From contig DAIQQA010000007.1 of assembly GCA_036787045.1 (NCBI GenBank), positions 1,870-65,869 on the forward strand: a stretch of DNA of 64,000 bases, written 5' to 3'. The position numbers and the translations under genes are program-made. Source of the DNA: Burkholderiales bacterium (GTDB lineage: Bacteria > Pseudomonadota > Gammaproteobacteria > Burkholderiales > SHXO01). This document shows, in pieces, positions 27,776-35,350 of this stretch. Each line of letters starts with the position of its first letter. Positions within the stretch are counted from its first letter, which is position 1. The notes below the pieces were generated by a model. That model was given only the letters and a program-made list of their open reading frames with translations. It searched no databases and was not told the DNA's origin.

Positions 27776-27812
27776 GTTTCCCTCGCTCGTCTACTACTGC
27801 TACTTCCAGAAG

Positions 27813-28004
27813 CGCTCAACGCCAAGGACGCCAAGGAAAGCAAGATCATTTCCGTGTACGACCTGCCGCGCTCCCTCGCGTTGCGAATGGTGCTGCGGCC
27901 CCCTGCGACGTGCTCCGGGGTTGCGCGCCGCGCCGAGGCTGCCCCTTGCCTCTCCATTGAGCTTTGCTTTCCTTGGCGTCCTTGGCGTCCTTGGCGTTGA
28001 GCGG
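27813..28004. repeat. Foldback-like element F (GCCAAGG subfamily)
   Basis: Left arm 27813-27845: GCTCAAC-GCCAAGGAC-GCCAAGGAAAGCAAG. Right arm 27962-28004: CTTTGCTTTCCTTGGCGTCCTTGGCGTCCTTGGCGTTGAGCGG (3 units). Unique core of about 115 bp. Confidence 0.9.
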
Positions 28005-28023
28005 TAAAGCTCTGCGCCTTGGT

Positions 28024-29265
28024 TCAGTGCCCTACCGATGCAGCGCCCTTCTCCCCCGTCAGCTCGTACCGTGCGAAGCGGGACAGCGAAAAAGCCCGGA
28101 TCAGCGGATGGTCCTCGTCCTTGGCCAGGGTATGGCTCATGGTCTTGCCGCACACCGGCGTGGCCTTGAAGCCCCACGTGCCCCACCCGGAGTCGAGGTA
28201 GAAGCCCTCGATCGGCGTCTTGCCCATGATCGGCGCGAAGTCCGGGGTCATGTCCGCCATGCCCGCCCACTGGCGGTTGACCTTGGCGGTGGACAGGAAC
28301 GGGAACATGTCGAGAATATGCGCCGAGAGCCCCTCTGCGAAGTCCAGCGTCGAGCGCGTGGATTGCACCTCGTAGGGATCCAGCGAAGCACCCATGACCA
28401 GCTCGCCGCGCGCCGACTGGCTGACGTACACGTGCAGGCTGCCCGACACGAAGATCTGGTCGAGCCATGGCTTCATGGGTTCGCTCACCATGGCCTGGAG
28501 GGGATGTACGTAGATCGGCGAGCGCAGCCCGACCATGTCGAGGATCCGAGGCGTGAAGCCCGCTACCGCGCACAACACCTTGGGCGTGGATATGGTCCCG
28601 CGGCTGGTGCGCACCCCTGCGACCTTGCCACCCCGGACCTCGATACCGGTAACTTCGGTCTGCTGGTGGATCTCCACGCCGCGACGATCGGCGCCGCGGC
28701 CGTAGCCCCAGGCCACAGCGTCGTGCCGGGCGATGGCGCCGGGCGCGTGGTAGAGGGCGCCCAAGATCGGGGCATGTCCGCCGCAGGTGATATCGATCTG
28801 CGGGCACGATCGCTTGATGAACTCCGGCCCGACCAACTCGCTGTTCACGCCCAGGTGCTTGTTCACCTCCGCGCGCCAGCGCATTGTGCGGACCGCGGAA
28901 TCAGTATGCGCAAGCGTGAAGTGGCCGCGGGTGGAGTAGAACAGATTGAGATCGAAGTCCTCCGCCAGATCCTGGTACAACCTCACGCTCTCGTCGTAGA
29001 AGGCCACGCCCTCCGGCGTCAGGTAGTTCGAGCGGATGATGGTAGTGTTGCGACCGGTGTTACCGCCGCCCAGATACCCTTTCTCCAGCACCGCTACGTT
29101 GGTCATCCCGTGGTCGCGCGCCAGGTAGTAGGCCGCGGCCAGCCCATGGCCGCCCGCGCCGATGATCACCGCGTTGTAGGCCGGCTTGAGCCGGTCGTGG
29201 ACACGGAACATCCGCGGCTCGGGATACTCCCGGCTCAGGGCGAAACGAAGCAACCCCAGGGGCAT
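28024..29265 (-). CDS. Sarcosine-oxidase beta-subunit-like FAD flavoprotein (SoxB/MgdA-like)
   Basis: 413 aa, collinear with heterotetrameric SoxB (VIIGAGGHGLAAAYYLARDHGMTNVAVLEKGYLGGGNTGRNTTIIRSNY ... HDAVAW ... SGWGTWGFKATP). An internal Met at 29211 is an alternative start. Confidence 0.9.
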   Translation of the reverse strand: MPLGLLRFALSREYPEPRMFRVHDRLKPAYNAVIIGAGGHGLAAAYYLARDHGMTNVAVLEKGYLGGGNTGRNTTIIRSNYLTPEGVAFYDESVRLYQDLAEDFDLNLFYSTRGHFTLAHTDSAVRTMRWRAEVNKHLGVNSELVGPEFIKRSCPQIDITCGGHAPILGALYHAPGAIARHDAVAWGYGRGADRRGVEIHQQTEVTGIEVRGGKVAGVRTSRGTISTPKVLCAVAGFTPRILDMVGLRSPIYVHPLQAMVSEPMKPWLDQIFVSGSLHVYVSQSARGELVMGASLDPYEVQSTRSTLDFAEGLSAHILDMFPFLSTAKVNRQWAGMADMTPDFAPIMGKTPIEGFYLDSGWGTWGFKATPVCGKTMSHTLAKDEDHPLIRAFSLSRFARYELTGEKGAASVGH

Positions 29266-29469
29266 GCGACGGTCTGACGTAAGGAACTGAACGGCCTATA
29301 TTTTCGGGTTTCGCCGAGCCTGCTGTCAAGAACGGTGGGAAACATTTTTTCCCTTGAGGAAACAACGCGAAGCCTGCGGCTGTCTCGCAGGAGCACTCTT
29401 TCAGTCGGTATCCCTGACATACGTCATTGTTTACAATCCCTCCCTGACCCACTCGCTGACAGGCCTCCC

Positions 29470-30783
29470 ATGATCGCCGCCGAACTGTCCTCCGGGCTGA
29501 GCGGGCCGCTGCTGCAACTGGAGCAGCAGATCCTCCGCAGCCAGCAGCCCATCGAGCACTGGCTGCGCACGCACTGGCTGGAGCACGAGACGCCCTTCTA
29601 TGCCTCGGTGGATCTGCGCAACAGCGGCTTCAAGCTTGCCCCGGTGGACACCAACCTGTTCCCCGGCGGATTCAACAACCTGAAGCCCGAGTTCCTGCCG
29701 CTCTGCGTGCAGGCCGTGATGGCTGCAGTGCAGAAGCTCTGCCCCGACGCGAAAGGAGTGCTGCTCGTCCCGGAGAGCCACACGCGCAATCAGTTCTACC
29801 TGCAGAACGTGGTCCAGCTGCAGACCATCCTGCGCATGGCCGGGATGAAGGTGCGGGTGGGCACTTTGATCCCCGAGATCACGGCGCCCACGCAGCTCGA
29901 TCTGGCGAGCGGCGCCAAGCTCACCCTCGAACCGCTGGTCCGTCGCGGCAACCGCATCGGGCTGCAGGACTTCGACCCCTGCGTTGCCCTGCTCAACAAC
30001 GACCTGTCGGCCGGGATCCCCGAGATACTGGAGAACCTGGAGCAGCGGGTCATTCCGCCGTTGTTCGCCGGCTGGGCCACGCGGCGCAAGTCGCGCCACT
30101 TCGGAGCATACAGCCGCGTCGCGGCCGACTTCGCCCGGCTGGTCGACATCGATCCCTGGCTGATCGATCCCTATTTCGGCGTATGCGGAGAGATCAACTT
30201 CCAGGAGCGCACCGGCGAGGAATGCCTGGCCGGCTGGGTCGATGTGATCCTCGGAAAAGTGCGCGCCAAGTATAAGGAGTACGGCATCGACCGCGAGCCC
30301 TTCGCGATCGTGAAGGCCGACGCGGGCACCTACGGCATGGGCATCATGACCGTGAAGGACCCAGCCGACGTGCGCGACCTGAACCGCAAGCAGCGCACCA
30401 AGATGGCGGTGGTCAAGGAAGGCCTGAGCGTCACCGACGTGCTGGTGCAGGAGGGGGTCTATACGTTCGAGACGGTGAAGGACGCCGTGGCCGAGCCGGT
30501 GATCTATATGATCGACCAGTTCGTGGTAGGCGGCTTCTATCGGGTGCACACCGGGCGCGGCCCGGACGAGAACCTGAACGCGCCCGGCATGCACTTCGAG
30601 CCCATGCCCTTCGACACCTGTTGCCTGCTGCCCGACCCGGAGGCGAGCCCCGACTGCGCAGTGAATCGGATGTATGCCTATGGCGTCATTGCGCGCCTGG
30701 CCTTGGCCGCTGCCAGTCTCGAATTGGAAGAGATGGCGGTGGAGTACGAGGCGCAGGCGGAGCGGATGCGTAAGCTGGCTTAG
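29470..30783 (+). CDS. gshA: Glutamate--cysteine ligase (Acidithiobacillus-ferrooxidans-type GshA)
   Basis: 437 aa from the ATG at 29470 (the track ORF starts upstream at 29335). Pattern ETPFYASVDLRNSGFKLAPVDTNLFPGGFNNL. Followed by gshB. Confidence 0.85.
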   Translation: MIAAELSSGLSGPLLQLEQQILRSQQPIEHWLRTHWLEHETPFYASVDLRNSGFKLAPVDTNLFPGGFNNLKPEFLPLCVQAVMAAVQKLCPDAKGVLLVPESHTRNQFYLQNVVQLQTILRMAGMKVRVGTLIPEITAPTQLDLASGAKLTLEPLVRRGNRIGLQDFDPCVALLNNDLSAGIPEILENLEQRVIPPLFAGWATRRKSRHFGAYSRVAADFARLVDIDPWLIDPYFGVCGEINFQERTGEECLAGWVDVILGKVRAKYKEYGIDREPFAIVKADAGTYGMGIMTVKDPADVRDLNRKQRTKMAVVKEGLSVTDVLVQEGVYTFETVKDAVAEPVIYMIDQFVVGGFYRVHTGRGPDENLNAPGMHFEPMPFDTCCLLPDPEASPDCAVNRMYAYGVIARLALAAASLELEEMAVEYEAQAERMRKLA

Positions 30784-30797
30784 TTCTCGACACCAGA

Positions 30798-30998
30798 CCT
30801 CAACGCAAAGACGCGAAGGACGCAAAGGGCGCAAGTAAGATCCCTTGCGACTGCCCGCCTGCGGATAGCACAAGGCCGGTCCATACCCCGAATTGCTTTG
30901 TCAGGCAAACGGAGGTCACCGGATCAAGTGGTTAGACTCGACCGACACGAAATCCTTGTTCCGTTTTTCTTTGCGTTCTTTGCGCCTTTGCGTTGAGG
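30798..30998. repeat. Foldback-like element G (GCAAAGG subfamily)
   Basis: Left arm 30798-30835: CCTCAAC-GCAAAGAC-GCGAAGGAC-GCAAAGGGC-GCAAG. Right arm 30964-30998: TTTTTCTTTGCGTTCTTTGCGCCTTTGCGTTGAGG. Unique core of about 128 bp. Starts 14 nt after the gshA stop and ends 13 nt before the gshB ATG. Confidence 0.9.
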
Positions 30999-31011
30999 TT
31001 TTGCCTGCATC

Positions 31012-31956
31012 ATGAAGCTTGCCTTCGTCCTCGACCCGCTCGATTCGATCAAGACCTACAAGGACTCCTCCTACGCCATGATGGAGGAGGCGGGGCGGCG
31101 CGGACATGAGCTGGCGGTGCTGCACCAGGAGCACATCCTCTTCCGTGAGGGCCGGGTGCTGGGCCGCGCTGCGCCGATCACACTCACGGGCGACAAGCAC
31201 GCCTGGTACAAGCTGGGCGAGGAAACCGAGCTGCCGCTGTCCGCGTTCGATGCGGTCCTCATGCGCAAGGACCCGCCGTTCGACATGGAGTACGTCTACA
31301 GCACCTACCTGCTGGAGCTCGCCGAGACGCAGGGCGCGCGCATCGTCAACCGGGCGCGCAGCCTGCGCGACTACAACGAGAAGTTCTCCGTCACCCGGTT
31401 CAACCAGCTCACCGTGCCCACGCTCGTGACCCGGCTGGAAAGCGAGATCCGCGCTTTCCTCGACACCCACGGTGACATCGTGCTCAAGCCGCTCGACGGC
31501 ATGGGCGGGGCCTCCGTGTTCCGGCTGCACCGGCAGGATCCCAACATCGGCGTGGTCATCGAGACGCTAACCCATTACGGGCGCCGCACTGTCATGGCCC
31601 AGCGCTACATCCTGGAGATCAGCAAGGGCGACAAGCGCATCCTGCTGGTGGACGGCAAGGCAGCGCCCTACGCGCTCGCGCGCATCCCGAAGCCCGGCGA
31701 GACGCGCGGCAACCTCGCTGCCGGCGCCCGCGGTGTAGCTCAACCGCTGTCGGACCGGGACCGGGAGATCGCGGAAGCCGTAGGCCCTACCGTGGCCGCA
31801 GATGGCCTGGTTCTCGTTGGGCTCGACGTGATCGGGGACTATCTCACCGAGATCAACGTCACCAGCCCGACCGGCATGCGCGAGATCCAGGACCAGACCG
31901 GGTTCAGCGTGGCGGGGATGATGATCGATGCGCTGGAGCGGCTGGCCGGCCGCTAG
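31012..31956 (+). CDS. gshB: Glutathione synthetase
   Basis: 314 aa. Full-length GshB pattern (MKLAFVLDPLDSIKTYKDSSYAMM ..., ATP-grasp KPLDGMGG, DYLTEINVTSPTG). Confidence 0.95.
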   Translation: MKLAFVLDPLDSIKTYKDSSYAMMEEAGRRGHELAVLHQEHILFREGRVLGRAAPITLTGDKHAWYKLGEETELPLSAFDAVLMRKDPPFDMEYVYSTYLLELAETQGARIVNRARSLRDYNEKFSVTRFNQLTVPTLVTRLESEIRAFLDTHGDIVLKPLDGMGGASVFRLHRQDPNIGVVIETLTHYGRRTVMAQRYILEISKGDKRILLVDGKAAPYALARIPKPGETRGNLAAGARGVAQPLSDRDREIAEAVGPTVAADGLVLVGLDVIGDYLTEINVTSPTGMREIQDQTGFSVAGMMIDALERLAGR

Positions 31957-31977
31957 TACTTCAACCCATTGATTCCA

Positions 31978-32259
31978 CCTCTCACCACGAAGGCACGAAG
32001 ACACGAAGAAAACCGAAAGGAGGAAGACAGGTGCGCCTTGCCGATGTTCCACGTCTGCCAGGCGATGTTTCGTAGCTACCGTGTCGCTGTATAGCTGCCC
32101 CCAAAGGCAGGAACGCAAAGGACGCAAAGAACAACGACGTAGCGGATCCCGCCCGCTGACAGACAGCTGGGGTCAAACCGGCACCTTGCCAGTGGAATGA
32201 GCTCCGATTTGCTTCGCGGATTCTCCTTCGCGTACCTTGGCGTCCTTCGCGCTGAAGGG
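31978..32259. repeat. Composite/chimeric foldback-like element H
   Basis: Left arm H1 31978-32012: CCTCTCACC-ACGAAGGC-ACGAAGAC-ACGAAGAAAACC. Capless inner left arm 32098-32137: ..GGAAC-GCAAAGGAC-GCAAAGAAC... Right arm 32208-32259 belongs to a different subfamily; its reverse complement is CCCTTCAGC-GCGAAGGAC-GCCAAGGTAC-GCGAAGGAGAA.. Confidence 0.75.
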
Positions 32260-32341
32260 TCGCGCGGGGCTCTGGTCTCGCGCCTCGCTCCTGCGGGCAG
32301 GGTAGAATCAGCAGCATCGAATCTCTGCAAACCACTTCCGC

Positions 32342-32758
32342 ATGGTCGGTATCCTCATCGTCGCCCACGGTACCCTGGGAGAGAGCCTCATCCACTGCGC
32401 CAGCCAAATGCTGGGCACCCGGCCGCTCAATCTCATGCAGGTCGGGGTGACCATCCACGACGATCCGCAGCAGATGCTGCCTCAGGCCGTCAAGCTCGTG
32501 CGCCAGCTGGACCAGGGCGACGGCGTGCTCGTGCTGACCGACGTGTATGGCGCCACGCCGTCCAACCTCGCCTCGAAACTCCTGATCCCGGGCCGGGTGG
32601 AAGGCGTGGCGGGCGTGAATCTGCCGATGCTGGTGAGGGCCCTCACCTACCGCAAGGAACCGCTCGATGTTGTGGTCCGCAAGGCCGTGTCGGGCGGCAT
32701 CGAAGGGGTGACGCAGATGCCGGTGGCGAGCCGCGGAAATGCAGCAGCGGGAAGTTGA
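32342..32758 (+). CDS. PTS EIIA component, mannose/fructose family
   Basis: 138 aa. N-terminal MVGILIVAHGTLGESL contains the phospho-His motif. In the gshB-EIIA-HPr-EI arrangement. Confidence 0.85.
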   Translation: MVGILIVAHGTLGESLIHCASQMLGTRPLNLMQVGVTIHDDPQQMLPQAVKLVRQLDQGDGVLVLTDVYGATPSNLASKLLIPGRVEGVAGVNLPMLVRALTYRKEPLDVVVRKAVSGGIEGVTQMPVASRGNAAAGS

Positions 32759-33008
32759 GATCATCAACAAGCTCGGCCTGCACGCGCGCGCGTCGGCCAA
32801 GCTTACCCAGCTCGCCGGCCAGCATCAGTGCGAGGTATGGCTGTCGCGCAACGGTCGGCGGGTCAACGCCAAGAGCATAATGGGCGTGATGATGCTCGCC
32901 GCCGCAAAGGGTTCCAGGGTCATTATCGAGACCAGTGGAGCGGACGAAGGAGCGGCGATGAACGCCATCGTACAGTTGATTGCGGAGAAGTTCGGAGAAA
33001 GCGAGTGA
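32739..33008 (+). CDS. ptsH: Phosphocarrier protein HPr
   Basis: 89 aa. The active-site context INKLGLHARASAKL contains His15. Overlaps the EIIA gene by 20 nt. Confidence 0.9.
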   Translation: MQQREVEIINKLGLHARASAKLTQLAGQHQCEVWLSRNGRRVNAKSIMGVMMLAAAKGSRVIIETSGADEGAAMNAIVQLIAEKFGESE

Positions 33009-33118
33009 GCGAGTGAGGCGTGAGGCGTACGGTGCAGTCCCATGGAGTGCCGTGACCCGAAGCTGAACCCTCGCCCTTCTCGGCCCACGCCTCACGCCTA
33101 ACGCCTCACGCCTCACGC
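33003..33118. repeat. Foldback-like element I (GTGAGGC subfamily)
   Basis: Left arm 33003-33028: GAGTGAGC-GAGTGAGGC-GTGAGGC-GT, which overlaps the ptsH stop codon (33006-33008). Right arm 33086-33118: CACGCCTCACGCCTAACGCCTCACGCCTCACGC, ending 2 nt before the ptsI ATG. Confidence 0.85.
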
Positions 33119-33120
33119 AC

Positions 33121-34845
33121 ATGTCCTTCACCATCCACGGCATCGGCGTCTCCGGCGGCATCGCCATCGGCCGCGCGCACCTGCTGACCAACACCCGGTT
33201 GGAGGTCACGCACTACGACCTCGCCGAGAGCGAGGTGCATGCGGAGATGGACCGCTTCGACAGCGCGATCGCGACGGCGCGCAGCGAGCTGGCCGCGCTG
33301 GTGGAGCATATCCCGGAGAATGCCCCGCCGGAGTTCGAAGCGTTCCTCAACCTGCACCACATGATCCTGGGGGACAGCACCCTGTCCGAGGCTCCCAAGG
33401 AGATCATCGCGAAGCAGCGCTCCAACGCCGAATGGGCGCTCACGCAGCAGGCCGAGGCGCTGCTCAGCCAGTTCGACCGTATGGAGGACGCCTACCTGCG
33501 CGAGCGCAAGGCCGATGTCGTGCAGGTCGTCGAGCGCGTGCTCAAGGCACTTACCGGGCAGCCGCGCACCATTCCCGCGCCACGCCACCCCGAGGAAGAC
33601 AGCATCCTGGTCGCACACGATCTGTCGCCCGCGGATGTGATCCTGTTCAAGCAACACCGTTTCGCCAGCTTCGTCACCGACCTGGGCGGAGCCACATCGC
33701 ACACCGCGATCCTCGCGCGCAGCCTGAACATTCCCTCCATCGTCGCACTCCACCACGCCCGCCAGCTCATCCGGGAGAGCGAGCTGCTGATCGTCGACGG
33801 CAGCAGCGGCGTAGTGATCGTCAACCCGGATGCCAACGTACTGATGGAGTACGAGCTGCGCCGGGAGCAGTGGCAGCTCGAGCGCGAGAAGCTCAAGCGC
33901 CTGAAGACCACCCGTGCCGCCACGCTGGACGGCACCCGGGTCGAGCTGCAGGCCAACATCGAGCTGCCCGAGGACGTCGACCAGGCCAAGGACAACGCGG
34001 CCGCCGGGATCGGCCTGTTCCGCAGCGAGTTCCTGTTCTTGAGCCGCACGGACCTGCCCTCGGAGGACGAGCAGTTCGAAGCCTACCGCAAGGTGGCGGT
34101 GGAGATGGACGGGCTCCCGGTCACCATCCGAACCCTCGACCTGGGCGCCGACAAGCACCTCAATGGAGTCCAGCGCTTCTCGCCCAACCCGGCGCTCGGG
34201 CTGCGCGCCATACGCTTGTGCCTGGCCGAGCCGCAGCTTTTTCATCGCCAGCTACGGGCAATCCTGCGTGCCTCGCACTACGGGAAGATCAAGATCCTGG
34301 TGCCGATGCTCTCTACGGTGCACGAGCTCAACCAGACCCTGCATCTGATCGGCGAAGCCAAGCGCAGCCTGGACGAGGACGGCATCGCCTACGGCAGCGA
34401 GACCCCCGTCGGCGGGATGATCGAGGTTCCCGCAGCGGCACTGTCGCTGGGCGCGTTCGTCAAGAGGCTGGACTTCGTCTCTATCGGCACCAACGACCTG
34501 ATCCAGTACACGCTCGCCATCGATCGCACCGACGACGCGGTCGCGCATCTGTATGACCCGCTGCACCCGGCCGTGCTGACCCTGGTGGCGCAGATCATCC
34601 GCGGTGCGCAGAAGGCGGGCAAGCCGGTGGCGGTGTGCGGCGAGATGGCCGGTGACGTCAAGCTTACCCGGGTCCTCCTCGGATTCGGACTGCGGCAGTT
34701 CTCGATGCACCCCGCGCATCTGCTGAGCATCAAGCAACAGGTGCTGCGCTCCGACCTGGAGGAAGTTACCCAGCTCGCCAACAGGATGCTGAAGACCGAG
34801 GAGCCGGACAAGCTGCAGGGCCTGCTGGAGAAGATGAATGCCTGA
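33121..34845 (+). CDS. ptsI: Phosphoenolpyruvate--protein phosphotransferase (Enzyme I)
   Basis: 574 aa. Pattern GIGVSGGIAIGRAHLL, phospho-His GGATSHTAILARSL, and a PEP-utilising C-terminal domain (GTNDLIQYTLAIDR, CGEMAGD). Confidence 0.95.
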   Translation: MSFTIHGIGVSGGIAIGRAHLLTNTRLEVTHYDLAESEVHAEMDRFDSAIATARSELAALVEHIPENAPPEFEAFLNLHHMILGDSTLSEAPKEIIAKQRSNAEWALTQQAEALLSQFDRMEDAYLRERKADVVQVVERVLKALTGQPRTIPAPRHPEEDSILVAHDLSPADVILFKQHRFASFVTDLGGATSHTAILARSLNIPSIVALHHARQLIRESELLIVDGSSGVVIVNPDANVLMEYELRREQWQLEREKLKRLKTTRAATLDGTRVELQANIELPEDVDQAKDNAAAGIGLFRSEFLFLSRTDLPSEDEQFEAYRKVAVEMDGLPVTIRTLDLGADKHLNGVQRFSPNPALGLRAIRLCLAEPQLFHRQLRAILRASHYGKIKILVPMLSTVHELNQTLHLIGEAKRSLDEDGIAYGSETPVGGMIEVPAAALSLGAFVKRLDFVSIGTNDLIQYTLAIDRTDDAVAHLYDPLHPAVLTLVAQIIRGAQKAGKPVAVCGEMAGDVKLTRVLLGFGLRQFSMHPAHLLSIKQQVLRSDLEEVTQLANRMLKTEEPDKLQGLLEKMNA

Positions 34846-34858
34846 AAGCGAGAACGGC

Positions 34859-34983
34859 GGACCTAGGACGTGGGACGTAGGACATCGCGGCGGCGGGCAC
34901 GTGCCGGCGCGCCCGGGCGGACGCCGCCGGCGCGACAGATGAGCGGCGCCGGAGAGATTCTCCACGTCCCACGTCCAAGGTCC
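34859..34983. repeat. Foldback-like element J (GGACGT subfamily), possible ptsI terminator
   Basis: Left arm GGACCTAGGACGTGGGACGTAGGAC (34859-34883). Right arm TCCACGTCCCACGTCCAAGGTCC (34961-34983). About 22 of 24 nt are complementary. The GC-rich palindromic core is followed by TCGGTTTTCCC. Confidence 0.8.
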
Positions 34984-35350
34984 TCGGTTTTCCCATGCTG
35001 CGTGAGACCGGGAGAAGGCTGCGAAGTACGTTTTCCGCGCACACAGGAGCCGCTTCTGACAGCATGATGCAAAATGCGAGATCTCACTCCGACCATGCCG
35101 CTGAACCAATGCATGCGAACGCTCAATCAAGGAGTTGCTGCGCGGGTGCGCGCCGGAGCGTGGAGGAGGGGCCCCGCTTGCGGGGATCCGACCGCGGAGG
35201 CGCGCATAGAGACGCGGTGATAACGGCCCGCTCGATCCGCTGCGGGGTCGCATCCACCGGCCAAGGCCGGCGGAACCTGCTCCGCCCTCCACGGATCCCA
35301 CCAGAAAGCCCGGAGGCGCGCCGCGAAGCCACTCTTGCAGCAGCCCGCTA

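Noticed and set aside
4504-29469. Classical integrative genomic island or prophage
   Set aside because: I see no integrase, recombinase, tRNA attachment site, phage or conjugation genes, or long flanking direct repeats. The synteny-break idea is retained only as an inference.
30798-30998. Arms as CsrA/RsmA-titrating GGA arrays
   Set aside because: Only some subfamilies contain A(N)GGA (GCAAAGGAC, GCCAAGGAC). The most common CACGAAG type, and the GTGAGGC and GGACGT types, mostly do not. In a folded element the motifs would be buried in a stem rather than displayed in loops.
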